Below are positions 27,698-36,795 of a DNA stretch of 64,000 nt, piece after piece. The notes beneath the pieces are model-generated. The model was given only the letters and a program-made list of their open reading frames with translations, was not told the origin of the DNA and made no database searches. This stretch comes from Candidatus Latescibacterota bacterium (GTDB lineage: Bacteria > Latescibacterota > UBA2968 > UBA8231). Where the stretch lies: NCBI GenBank assembly GCA_965223905.1, contig CBDCXV010000011.1:1504001-1568000 (forward strand), given 5' to 3'. Each line of letters starts with the position of its first letter. Positions within the stretch are counted from its first letter, which is position 1. The translations under genes and the position numbers were made by a program.

Positions 27698-28790
27698 GGC
27701 CGCGCCTTCCCAGCACGAGGCTGCGGTCGTCGAGCGGCAGGTCGACGCGGACATGGCCGCGGCGGTGGGACTCCCTCAGGGCTATGGCGATCTCGAGGGC
27801 TTCGCGGCCGAACTCGCCGGGGCAGGTGCGCTCCTCCCCTTCCTCGATGGAGCGGCACACCCCCTCGATGGCGTCGACCATGGAGCTGCGCGGGTACCAC
27901 GGATTGGGGAACTGCCGCTGCAGGGAAGTGCCGGTATCCGGGTCCGTCGTCCACAGCTCGAACTGCGCGTGGGCGTTGCGCGACAGGATGCGGCCTCGCT
28001 CCCCGATGAACTCGACCGTCCACTGGTACCCGCTGTGCTGCTCGCAGCGCGAGTTCAGCAGGGCCCGCACCCCGTTCTCGTAGACGACGTACCCCGAGCC
28101 CGGAAGGTCGCCGCTCCCGGCCGCCTCGGCATCGCTGTCCATGTGGCCGAAGACCCAGCTCGCCGGGGCCCCGGCGAACAGGCGCAGCAGCGCCAGGGTG
28201 TGGCTGCCGATGTTGGAGAGCGAGGAGGTGCAGTGGCAGACCATCGAGCGCAGCTCGCCGATGGCGCCGGCGGCGATCGCCTCGCGGGCGCTCGTGTACC
28301 AGCCGTACCAGTTGAGGTGGCAGGCGATCGCCAGGATGACCCCGTTGTCGCGGCAGGCGGCGATCATGGCGTCCGCCTCGGCCAGGGTCCGGCACATCGG
28401 CTTGGTGGCGAAGATCCCCTTCACCCCCGCTTCCGCGAGGCCGATCACCACCTCGGCCCGCTCCTCCGGACCGGTGGTCACGGCGACGAGATCCGGTTTC
28501 TCCCGGGCCGCCATCTCGCGGTAGTCGCGGTACAGGGCCTCGACGTTCCAGCGCCGCCGGAAGTCGTCGAGCTTGCCCTCGTCGACGTCGGCCGCGGCGA
28601 CCAGCTCGGCGTTGCGCGCCTCGATGATGGCCGGCGCGTGCGCCCACGGCCACGGGTAGTGGGGCATGCCGATGTGCTCGTCGTCGATGGTGCTGCCCAT
28701 GCGGCCGCAGCCGACCACCGCGGCGCGGTGGATCCTTCGGGGACGGGTCCGCTCTACCTCTCGGAACGCTTCACCGCGAACAGGTGCCAC
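27690..28790 (-). CDS. Gfo/Idh/MocA oxidoreductase
   Basis: AAVVGCGRMG, IFATKPM (T in place of E of EKP), GAIGEL, GSHTL. Start uncertain. Confidence 0.87.
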   Translation of the reverse strand: MAPVRGEAFREVERTRPRRIHRAAVVGCGRMGSTIDDEHIGMPHYPWPWAHAPAIIEARNAELVAAADVDEGKLDDFRRRWNVEALYRDYREMAAREKPDLVAVTTGPEERAEVVIGLAEAGVKGIFATKPMCRTLAEADAMIAACRDNGVILAIACHLNWYGWYTSAREAIAAGAIGELRSMVCHCTSSLSNIGSHTLALLRLFAGAPASWVFGHMDSDAEAAGSGDLPGSGYVVYENGVRALLNSRCEQHSGYQWTVEFIGERGRILSRNAHAQFELWTTDPDTGTSLQRQFPNPWYPRSSMVDAIEGVCRSIEEGEERTCPGEFGREALEIAIALRESHRRGHVRVDLPLDDRSLVLGRRGLA

Positions 28791-28965
28791 GTTTCGTGCC
28801 TCTCGCTTTCGTTTGGGGGACGGGAGTTGGATATTTCCGGCGGCTGCCGGCGACGGAAGATACCGGGCAGCAGGGGCTGCGACAATGCGCCGCGGCGGCG
28901 CTTTCCCGGACAGCTTCTGCCCCCCGAAACCGCCCCAATTTTCACTCCTCAGACAAGGACGAATC

Positions 28966-29706
28966 GTGAACGACTTCGAACAGGCTGTCCACGAGATCGA
29001 GATCTACGGCTTCACGGTGCTGGAAACGGTGCTCGACCCGACGGAAGTGGAACAGATGCGCGAGGCCCTGATCCGCTGCGAGCAGGAGGTCGGCACCGAG
29101 CAAACCCACCGGGGATCGGCGCGGCACGTCTCCAACCTGCCGGTGCTCGACCCGGTCTTCTTCCGCTGCATCGACCACCCGCGCACCCTGCCGCTGCTCG
29201 AGCACTTCCTCGGAGACAACCTGATCCTCGGCAGCCTCAACTCCCGCATCGTGCGCCCCGGCGACGGCTACCAGGAGTTCCACAGCGACATCCCGGTGGG
29301 GATGCTGAACATGGCCTCGCCGGTGATGATGAACACGGTCTGGATGCTCGACGACTTCAGCCCGGAGAACGGCGGCACCCGGGTGGTGCCGGGGTCGCAC
29401 AAGAGCGGGCTCGGGGTCCCTCCCGAGGGGTTCGAGGTCGCCCACGTCGTGCAGCCGCCGGCGCCTGCGGGGAGCGTGCTGGTGTTCAACGGCCAGTGCT
29501 GGCACGCCGGCGGCGCCAACAACAGCAGCGCCAACCGCCACGCCCTCTTCGGGCACTACCGCAAGCACATGCTGGTGTTCCAGCTCGACCCGCACGACGG
29601 GTTTCCCGCGGAGTGGTACGGGCGGCTCAACCAGCGCCAGAAGGAGCTCCTGCGCATGCAGCGCGGGCTCGGGGCCCTGCACGCCTCCGACAGCCACTTC
29701 CGCTGA
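28966..29706 (+). CDS. PhyH-family Fe(II)/2OG dioxygenase
   Basis: FHSD, VWMLDDFSPENGGTRVVPGSH, CWHAGGAN. Confidence 0.9.
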   Translation: MNDFEQAVHEIEIYGFTVLETVLDPTEVEQMREALIRCEQEVGTEQTHRGSARHVSNLPVLDPVFFRCIDHPRTLPLLEHFLGDNLILGSLNSRIVRPGDGYQEFHSDIPVGMLNMASPVMMNTVWMLDDFSPENGGTRVVPGSHKSGLGVPPEGFEVAHVVQPPAPAGSVLVFNGQCWHAGGANNSSANRHALFGHYRKHMLVFQLDPHDGFPAEWYGRLNQRQKELLRMQRGLGALHASDSHFR

Positions 29707-29718
29707 GCCGGCCCGGGG

Positions 29719-30486
29719 TCACCCCTGCTGCGGGATCGCGGCCAGCAACTGCGTCCAGGCCTTGCCGAGATCCATGACGTCGCCGCCGCAGATGACGAGG
29801 TCGCAGCCGGCCTCCATCGCCGCCTCGAGCAGCGGCCCGGGAAGGGTGAAGATGCCGCTGAGCTTGCCCGCGGCCCTGGCCTTCTCGATGCAGGAGAGCA
29901 CCATCCCGCGCAGCCGCGGGTCGGTCATCTGCCCGGTGACCCCGAGGTTGACGGAGAGGTCCCCCGGCCCGAGGAAGATGCCGCTCAGCCCCTCGACGGC
30001 GAGGATCTCGTCGGCGTTCCCGACCGCGGCCTCGGTCTCGATCTGGGTGAAGAGGAAGGTGCGCTCGTTGGCGCGCGCCATCGCCCTCACCGGATCCTCG
30101 AGCCCGAAGTCCATGCCCGGGGTGCGGGTGTTGTAGCCGCGCGCCCCCACCGGGGAGTACTTGCCGTACTCGACCACCCTGCGGGCGTACCCGGCGTCGT
30201 CCACCATCGGCACGACGAGGATGCGCGCGCCCGACTCCAGGGCGCGCAGCACGTTGTTGCGCTCCCCGTCCGGCAGGCGCACCAGCGGGGCGACGCCTCC
30301 GGCCTCGGCCGCGGTGCACATCGCCTCGACGCGCTCGAACCCGGCGGGGCCGTGCTCCATCTCGATCCAGACCGCCTCCCAGCCGATGCGCGCCGCCAGC
30401 CTGACGAGAAGCGGCGAGCCGCTGTTGACGGTGACGCCGCGCACCCGCCGCGGCTTTCCCGCGGCGTCGAGAAACAGGTTGTCCAT
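29719..30486 (-). CDS. HpcH/HpaI aldolase family
   Basis: WIEMEH, LVRL, VVPMV, YSPVGARG, QIET, LGPGDLS. Confidence 0.88.
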   Translation of the reverse strand: MDNLFLDAAGKPRRVRGVTVNSGSPLLVRLAARIGWEAVWIEMEHGPAGFERVEAMCTAAEAGGVAPLVRLPDGERNNVLRALESGARILVVPMVDDAGYARRVVEYGKYSPVGARGYNTRTPGMDFGLEDPVRAMARANERTFLFTQIETEAAVGNADEILAVEGLSGIFLGPGDLSVNLGVTGQMTDPRLRGMVLSCIEKARAAGKLSGIFTLPGPLLEAAMEAGCDLVICGGDVMDLGKAWTQLLAAIPQQG

Positions 30487-30669
30487 TGCTTGCTCTCCTC
30501 GGCCCGGGAGCCCTTCCTGCAGGAGGCTCCCGCAGCCCGGGTGGTAGTTGAAACAGGTCCTTCCGCTTGCAGATGCGCTTCAGAGTATGGGAGCCGGTGG
30601 CAAAAGTCCATCCGCCGCGGCCTTGCGTTCCGGGCGGCGGGGAGGCTTTATCAGCAGCCTGCCAGCCCG

Positions 30670-30916
30670 TGAACGCTCCCTCCCCGATTCCCCTGCGATT
30701 CGACCCGGCCGCGCGCCCGGCACCTTCTGGGTGCAGGACCCGCGCGCCCTTCACCGCGGCACCCCCAACACCTCGGACAGGCCGCGGCCGGAACTGGTGA
30801 TCTGCTACTCCCTCTCCTGGTTCCGCATCAGCCGGCCGGTCGAGATCCACCGAGAAAGTTTCGAGCAGCTCGACGCACGCGGGAAGGAGCTTTTCAGCCG
30901 CGCCGAGGTGCTGTAG
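30670..30916 (+). pseudogene. C-terminal fragment of a PhyH-family dioxygenase
   Basis: PGTFWVQDPRALHRGTPNTSDRPRPELVICYSLSWF matches the C-terminal His/Arg region of the 21139 protein type. No HxD half upstream. Confidence 0.65.
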
Positions 30917-31013
30917 TCCGGCAGGGATCGCCGCGGGCGTGGCCCTGGTTTCGCGAACTTCATCCCCTGAATCCGGCCGCCCCGTTCCTTCCGGGCCTGC
31001 CCCCGAAGACGCG

Positions 31014-32018
31014 CTAACCCTCTTCGGCAAGCACGCCGTCGAACCACTCGAGCACGCGCAGGGTGCGCTCGGTGCTCAGGTCGCCGTGCTTGCCGTCGTA
31101 CTCCTCGTAGATGTGCGGCACCTGCGCTTCTTCGAGGCGCTCGTGCAGGATGCGGTGCCCGAGGTGGAAGTGGTACTCGTCGCGGAATCCGCAATCGGTG
31201 AACAGGTGCATGCTGCGGAAGGCCGCGGCGTACCTCTCGTACGCCCGTACCGGGTCGAAGTGCAGCCACTTCCGCCACACCTCCTCGTCGAGGTCGCCGT
31301 TGGGAAAGCGGATCGGCAGGTCGCCGCAGTAGGGGGGGTTGTCCGGGTTGGGGGAATAGGCCGCGGCGAGGCCGTAGCAGATCCAGGAGTTGTAGTTGTC
31401 CCGGATCGGCCCGTTGAACCCCTTGGGCCAGGAGGAGTTCACCAGGTCGACGAGCCAGGGGACATGGGTGACCTCGAAGTAGATGTCGGCGCTACGGACC
31501 GCGGCCGCGGCGAAGATCTCGGGGAAGCCGCCGCCTACGTGGAAGGCCCCGATGCCGCCGCTCGAGACCCCGGTCACCAGGCGGTGGCTGCGCTCCGGCA
31601 CGGTGCGGTAATGGGCGTCGACGTAGCCGACCACGTCGTCGGCCACGTAGCTGGCGTAGTTGCCGTTGATCCCCGAATCGACCCACTGGCTGCAGCCCCA
31701 GCGGTTGTGGCCGTCCGGGGCGACGAGGATCATCTCCCGGCAGCTCTCCCCCTGCATCCGCTCGTCCGCGGCGTGCAGGAAGGAGCGCCAGCCCGGCCCC
31801 GAGGAGAGGGAGAAGTCGTTGGCCCAGGACCACGCGGTGCCGCCGAAGCCGTGCAGGATGTAGGCGACCGGGTAGCGCCGCGACTCCGACTCGCCGTAGG
31901 AACGCGGCAGCAGCACGGCGAGGTTGCGGACCGCGGGATCCCCCAGCCTGTTGTCTTCGAGATGGCGCCCGTGAATGGTGTCGATCTGCAGTCGTTGCGC
32001 CCGTTCCTCCGGTGTCAT
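31014..32018 (-). CDS. Putative esterase (alpha/beta hydrolase)
   Basis: RYPVAYILHGFGG, nucleophile GVSSGG, DCGFRDEY, YEEYDGKH. Confidence 0.88.
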   Translation of the reverse strand: MTPEERAQRLQIDTIHGRHLEDNRLGDPAVRNLAVLLPRSYGESESRRYPVAYILHGFGGTAWSWANDFSLSSGPGWRSFLHAADERMQGESCREMILVAPDGHNRWGCSQWVDSGINGNYASYVADDVVGYVDAHYRTVPERSHRLVTGVSSGGIGAFHVGGGFPEIFAAAAVRSADIYFEVTHVPWLVDLVNSSWPKGFNGPIRDNYNSWICYGLAAAYSPNPDNPPYCGDLPIRFPNGDLDEEVWRKWLHFDPVRAYERYAAAFRSMHLFTDCGFRDEYHFHLGHRILHERLEEAQVPHIYEEYDGKHGDLSTERTLRVLEWFDGVLAEEG

Positions 32019-32103
32019 CGGCAGCTCCCTGGTTGCTGTTTTGAGCTACATTAAACCCGCATTGCCCTGCGAAAACAAGCGACATGCCGGCGAGAGGATC
32101 GTC

Positions 32104-32883
32104 ATGACCCCATTCGAACAAGCGGTTGCCGAAATCGAGATCTACGGATTCACCCTGGTAGCGGATGTCCTCGATCCCGGCCAGATCGAGGCCTTGAAAG
32201 GCGCCCTCGTCCGCTGCGCCGGGGAGGTCGGAGTGCACGGGTACGAAAACCGCAACGCCACCTCCGTGCTGGTCGCCAACCTGCCGGCGCGGGACCCGGT
32301 CTTTTTCCAGGTCATCGACCATCCCGCCATCCTTCCGATCCTCGAGCACTTTCTCGACAGGACCCTCATCCTCGGCAGCCTCAGCTCGCGCATCGTCCGG
32401 CCGGGCGACGGCGAGCAGGATTTCCACAGCGACATACCGGCTCACATGCTCAACCCGGTCTCCCCGGTCATGATGAACACCGTGTGGATGCTCGACGATT
32501 TCAGCCCCGAGATCGGCGGCACCCGCATCGTGCCCGGCTCGCACAGAAGCGGCCTCGCCGGCCCGCCGCAGGGGATGGAGGTCAGGCACGTGTTTCAACC
32601 CGAGGCCGCGGCGGGAAGCGTGCTGATCTTCAACGGCCAGTGCTGGCACGCCGGCGGCGCCAACAGCACCGGCCGCAATCGCCACGCCCTGTTCGCCCAC
32701 TACCGCAAGTCGATGCTGATGTTCCAGCTCGACCCCCACGATGGTTTTCCGGCGGCATGGCACGACAGACTGAACCGGCGCCAGAAGGAGCTGCTGCGCA
32801 TGCAGTCCGGCCTCAACGAAAGCCACGCCTCGGACGAGCACCTCGCCCGGTTGCTCCCCAGGAAGGATCGCGAGGCGGGATGA
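32104..32883 (+). CDS. PhyH-family dioxygenase, close paralog of 28966-29706
   Basis: Identical blocks EIEIYGFT, FHSDIP, SPVMMNTVWMLDDFSPE, FNGQCWHAGGAN, FQLDPHDGFPA. Confidence 0.9.
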   Translation: MTPFEQAVAEIEIYGFTLVADVLDPGQIEALKGALVRCAGEVGVHGYENRNATSVLVANLPARDPVFFQVIDHPAILPILEHFLDRTLILGSLSSRIVRPGDGEQDFHSDIPAHMLNPVSPVMMNTVWMLDDFSPEIGGTRIVPGSHRSGLAGPPQGMEVRHVFQPEAAAGSVLIFNGQCWHAGGANSTGRNRHALFAHYRKSMLMFQLDPHDGFPAAWHDRLNRRQKELLRMQSGLNESHASDEHLARLLPRKDREAG

Positions 32884-32921
32884 ACTTCCCGGGGCTCGAA
32901 AAAGCCTCGGAAGGTTAAGAG

Positions 32922-33653
32922 ATGAGTCGGTTTCTGATTGTCCTGATAATGGCAGGCGTAGCTGAAGCGCACAGCGGGAACCGCGTGTATCCCTTCTACG
33001 AGCTTACGGATGAAATGCTGGAGAAGATCGACTTGCACGATGGATTGATCGACGAATGGTATGAGATCGGTGAACCGAGCATGACCCTGCTGGATTTCAA
33101 GACCAACGGCGACATTATTCCACTCAATCCGTCCAATCTCGACTTTCGCATCTGGCTAGCTTGGCATGATGAGCCGAATCGTATCTATGTGGCTTTCATC
33201 ATCAGTGACGATGAATACAAGAACACCCATGATTGGTCCAGCGAAACAGCGACTATGAGATGGCTTGATTTTAATGACAGCATCACCCTCTACCTTGACG
33301 CCGATCACAGCGGTGGCAGGGGATTAGTAGATATTGCAGGTGATGTAGCCGATGAGGAAAGAATGCGTATTTTCGGACATACGCAGATGTATAATGTAAT
33401 TGCTCAAACGGTAAGCGGCCCAACCATGGCCGCGGGTAGTATAATCAGGGAAAGAGAGCCCCGGCATAATCTACCCCCCTATTGGGGATATTCTCCTACC
33501 CCCTGGCATCCAGAAGCCATTGATGATGACGATGCGCATCTGAGGCTTCATGATTATATGGCCGACCTCTTCATCGATGGGCTGCTGGTTCCCGCTCAGG
33601 AAACAGCCGTCGAGTCCGTCACCTGGAGACGCATCAAGGCGTCTTTGGAGTAA
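32922..33653 (+). CDS. Secreted DOMON/CBM9-like protein with C-terminal TAVE..TW..IK motif
   Basis: Signal peptide (AEA/H). IDLHDGLIDEW, DFRIWLAWHD, DSITLYLDADHSGG. Ends TAVESVTWRRIKASLE. Lower GC. Confidence 0.7.
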   Translation: MSRFLIVLIMAGVAEAHSGNRVYPFYELTDEMLEKIDLHDGLIDEWYEIGEPSMTLLDFKTNGDIIPLNPSNLDFRIWLAWHDEPNRIYVAFIISDDEYKNTHDWSSETATMRWLDFNDSITLYLDADHSGGRGLVDIAGDVADEERMRIFGHTQMYNVIAQTVSGPTMAAGSIIREREPRHNLPPYWGYSPTPWHPEAIDDDDAHLRLHDYMADLFIDGLLVPAQETAVESVTWRRIKASLE

Positions 33654-33683
33654 GACCCTCATCGTCTTTCTGTTCCTGCTCGG

Positions 33684-35307
33684 GTAACCGTTCAGTTCCC
33701 CTGGCAGGTTGGGGCGGGGGCGGAATGGTAGCAGGTTGACTATTAACGAATGGGGGAGTGGGTTGAAGGCAGCAGCGAGGGCGCCGGCTGCTTAGACACG
33801 GCGGCGTCACAGGCCATCCTGAGATAGTCGAGGACGTTGCGCTGCTGCTGGCGCAGGGTATCGCGCACCGTGAGCAGGCGCTCTACGAAACGGCTGCCTT
33901 CGGCACTGTGGGTGCCGAAGCTGGTGTGACGCCACAACACGCCATGGCGAAGGGCTCGTTCGGCGTCGTTGTTGGTCGGCTCGACGCCGGGCCGGCGTGC
34001 GAAGGTCCACAGGGCCGGCCCGAGGTCGAGGAGATTGGCGCAGGTGGCCGCCGTCTTGGCGTCGGCGAACTGCTGCCCATAGCACAAATGAAACCGAAAG
34101 CGCAGACACAAATCGTCGATATAGTCCTGGAAGCGGGCGCGGGACAGGGTACCGTCGCGGACTTGATGCCACCAGGTAAACAGCTGCTCGCTGCGGTCCA
34201 ACAGGTGTTGACCGACGCGCTCGGCCTCTCCGCCCCGGGCCACGAACTCCTCGAAGGCGCGCCGCAGGTGAGCCCAGCAGACTTGCCGGCGTCGCAGCGG
34301 CAGATGCGCGTAGGCCGAATAGCGATCGCAGCCGACCACCGCCCGGTTATCCGCACCCAGCATCTCATCGACCCCGTCGCGGTTACGTCTTTTGCGGATG
34401 GAGAACACGGTGACGCCGTCCGTCACCGCGGTCCACAACCAGGCCTTGGCGCGGCGCTGGCGCCAGCCGGTCTCGTCGACGTTGACGATGCCCTGTCGGC
34501 GAACGAAGGCGCGCGCCTCCTCGACCGCACCCGCCAGGGCCGTGGCCACTTCCTGTTCCAGCCGGCTGACGGTACCCAGCGACACCTCCAGGCCGAAGGC
34601 GTCGGACAACAGCGCCCGGATGTTGCGCTTGCTCAGCCGGTAGGCCCCGGCCAACAGGCCGACCCAGGCTTGCACGCTGGGACCGAAGGTGTGCCGCGAT
34701 ACGCCCTCGGGCCAACCGGCTTCGGTCAGGCGGTCGCAGTGACCGCAGCGCAGGGTGTGCAACTGATACTCGATGACCTCGGCCCGCACCGGCGGGATGA
34801 CGACTGCCTGGTGACGCTGCGGATGGGGATCGTCTCCCGTCAACAGGTGCCCGCATCCGTGGCACGTACTCGGCTTGACCGGGATCAGTTCGTCCACCTG
34901 CTCCACCGATACCCACGAGCGGCCGTGTCCTTCGTGCCCGGGCTGTCCGCCCGGCGAGCGCCCCGAGGATCGGCGTCGGGAGGCGTCGGTGCGAGGCGAG
35001 GAGGAAGCGCCCGATTCCGACGAGGCGGCCCGGGCACCGCGGCGGGACCGCCCCTTGCGGCGGGCCAATTCCCGCTCCAGCTCGGCGATCCGCGCCGTCT
35101 GTTGTTCCACGATTTGCTCGAGCTGGACAATGCGCTGACGCAAGTCGCCTTCGGAAATCGCACTCTCAGGGGGTCTCTTCATGGGGTCGCCGTATCCAGG
35201 GAAATCTGCAACACACAACCGATTCCCGAAGATACCGACGAACCCCAAAACCCGCGTAGGTATTTCTTTATATGCTCAAACTACTGCAGGGGGGACTGAA
35301 CGGTTAC
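33684..35307 (-). mobile_element. IS66-family insertion sequence, single-ORF (ISBst12-like), 1624 bp
   Basis: Terminal inverted repeats GTAACCGTTCAGT(T/C)CCC at 33684 and ending 35307. Perfect 8-bp target duplication CTGCTCGG at 33676-33683 and 35308-35315. Confidence 0.95.
33743..35182 (-). CDS. IS66 family transposase
   Basis: Coiled coil, PGGQPGHEG, Zn finger CHGCG/CGHC, VDETGW, CDRYSAY, CWAHLRR, PTNNDAERALR. Confidence 0.95.
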   Translation of the reverse strand: MKRPPESAISEGDLRQRIVQLEQIVEQQTARIAELERELARRKGRSRRGARAASSESGASSSPRTDASRRRSSGRSPGGQPGHEGHGRSWVSVEQVDELIPVKPSTCHGCGHLLTGDDPHPQRHQAVVIPPVRAEVIEYQLHTLRCGHCDRLTEAGWPEGVSRHTFGPSVQAWVGLLAGAYRLSKRNIRALLSDAFGLEVSLGTVSRLEQEVATALAGAVEEARAFVRRQGIVNVDETGWRQRRAKAWLWTAVTDGVTVFSIRKRRNRDGVDEMLGADNRAVVGCDRYSAYAHLPLRRRQVCWAHLRRAFEEFVARGGEAERVGQHLLDRSEQLFTWWHQVRDGTLSRARFQDYIDDLCLRFRFHLCYGQQFADAKTAATCANLLDLGPALWTFARRPGVEPTNNDAERALRHGVLWRHTSFGTHSAEGSRFVERLLTVRDTLRQQQRNVLDYLRMACDAAVSKQPAPSLLPSTHSPIR

Positions 35308-35464
35308 CTGCTCGGCCAAGCCAGCGCGCACGGTCCAAGGGGAGTTCAGCCTCTGGATGCGGCAGCTTGCCGGACGGAGAGAGCCCGGTGATCGTTCGCG
35401 AGGTACTGCAGTCCTTGAGCTACAACGAGAATTCACGAGACCGACCCGATAACGGAGGATCGAC

Positions 35465-36436
35465 ATGAACTCTGACAAGGTGCGCTGGGGAATCATCAGC
35501 ACCGCCCGCATCGCCGCAACCGCTTTCGTTCCCGCGGTGCGCCAGACCCGGCGGGGGGAGGTAACCGCGGTCGCCAGCCGCAGCCGCGACAAGGGGGAAT
35601 CGTTCGCCAGGGAGCACGGGATTCCGCAGGTCTTCGACGACTACGCCAGCCTGCTGGCCAGCGACGGGATCGACGCCGTGTACAACCCCCTCCCCAACAC
35701 AATGCACCGCGAGTGGACGGAGGCGGCCGCGGCCGCCGGCAAGCACGTCTTCTGCGAAAAACCGCTGGCGACCACCGCGGCCGACGCCGAGGCGATGGTG
35801 GCCGCCTGTGAAGAGGCGGGGGTGGTCTTCTTCGAGGCCTTCGTCTTCCTCTACCACCCGCAGACCCTGAAGCTGCGCCGGCTCATCGACGAGGGGGCCA
35901 TCGGCGAGCTGCTGCAGCTGCACGCCCACATGAGCTTCCCCATCCAGCGGCCGACCGACAACATCCGCATGAACCGCGCCCTCGGAGGCGGCAGCCTCTA
36001 CGACGGCGGCTCCTACCCGATCACCTTCTCCCGCTTCGCCTTCGGTGACGAACCGGCCGGCCTCCAGTCGAAGTGCCTGATCGACCCGGAGTACCACGTC
36101 GACACCCGCGCGACCCTGATCCTGGAATTCTCAGGAGACCGGACCGCTTCCATTCAGGGCGGGTTCGACGCCTTCGGGGGACAAGGGGCGGTGCTGTTCG
36201 GCAGGGAAGCGGCGATCGAGATCCCCAGACCCTACCATCCCCAGGAACAGTCGAGCTTCGTAATTCGATCGGGGGGGAGCGAAGAGGTGGTCTCCTTCGA
36301 CACCGGGGTGGCGCCGTTCACGCCTGCCATCGAGCACTTCCAAGATTGCGTGCTCGACGGGGCGGAGCCGCTGGTTTCGGCGGCCAATGCGGTGGGGACG
36401 CTGCGGGTGATCGAGTTCGTGCTGGCTGGAGTCTGA
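35465..36436 (+). CDS. Gfo/Idh/MocA oxidoreductase
   Basis: RWGIISTARIA, YNPLPNTMH, KHVFCEKP, GGGSLYDGGSY. GGAGG RBS. Confidence 0.92.
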   Translation: MNSDKVRWGIISTARIAATAFVPAVRQTRRGEVTAVASRSRDKGESFAREHGIPQVFDDYASLLASDGIDAVYNPLPNTMHREWTEAAAAAGKHVFCEKPLATTAADAEAMVAACEEAGVVFFEAFVFLYHPQTLKLRRLIDEGAIGELLQLHAHMSFPIQRPTDNIRMNRALGGGSLYDGGSYPITFSRFAFGDEPAGLQSKCLIDPEYHVDTRATLILEFSGDRTASIQGGFDAFGGQGAVLFGREAAIEIPRPYHPQEQSSFVIRSGGSEEVVSFDTGVAPFTPAIEHFQDCVLDGAEPLVSAANAVGTLRVIEFVLAGV

Positions 36437-36525
36437 GAGCCGGCAGAGGCGTTAGGCCAACTGGGCAGGACCCCGGGTAGCGCAGCTTTCGATGAGCTAC
36501 TTTAACGGGCTGTACGATATTTTTT

Positions 36526-36795
36526 ATGCTTATGAAATTCGAGTTCGACCCTGAGAAAAACCGTGCCAATTTTGATAAACACGGCATCGATTTCGTCGCA
36601 GCCCAGACCTTATGGGAGGACCCTGCGTTGCTCCAGATTCCCGCGCGAACCACCGACGAACCACGCGACATGGTGATCGGCCGCATTGCGGGCAAGCACT
36701 GGTCTGGCGTGATAACAAAACGGGACGATGCAATCAGGATTATTTCTGTGCGGCGGGCACGCCGAGAGGAGGTCAGGCTCTATGAAGGCTCGTGA
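36526..36795 (+). CDS. brnT: BrnT-family toxin
   Basis: FEFDPEKNRANFDKHGIDFVAAQTLWED...EPRDMVIG...IRIISVRRARREEVRLYE. Confidence 0.92.
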   Translation: MLMKFEFDPEKNRANFDKHGIDFVAAQTLWEDPALLQIPARTTDEPRDMVIGRIAGKHWSGVITKRDDAIRIISVRRARREEVRLYEGS

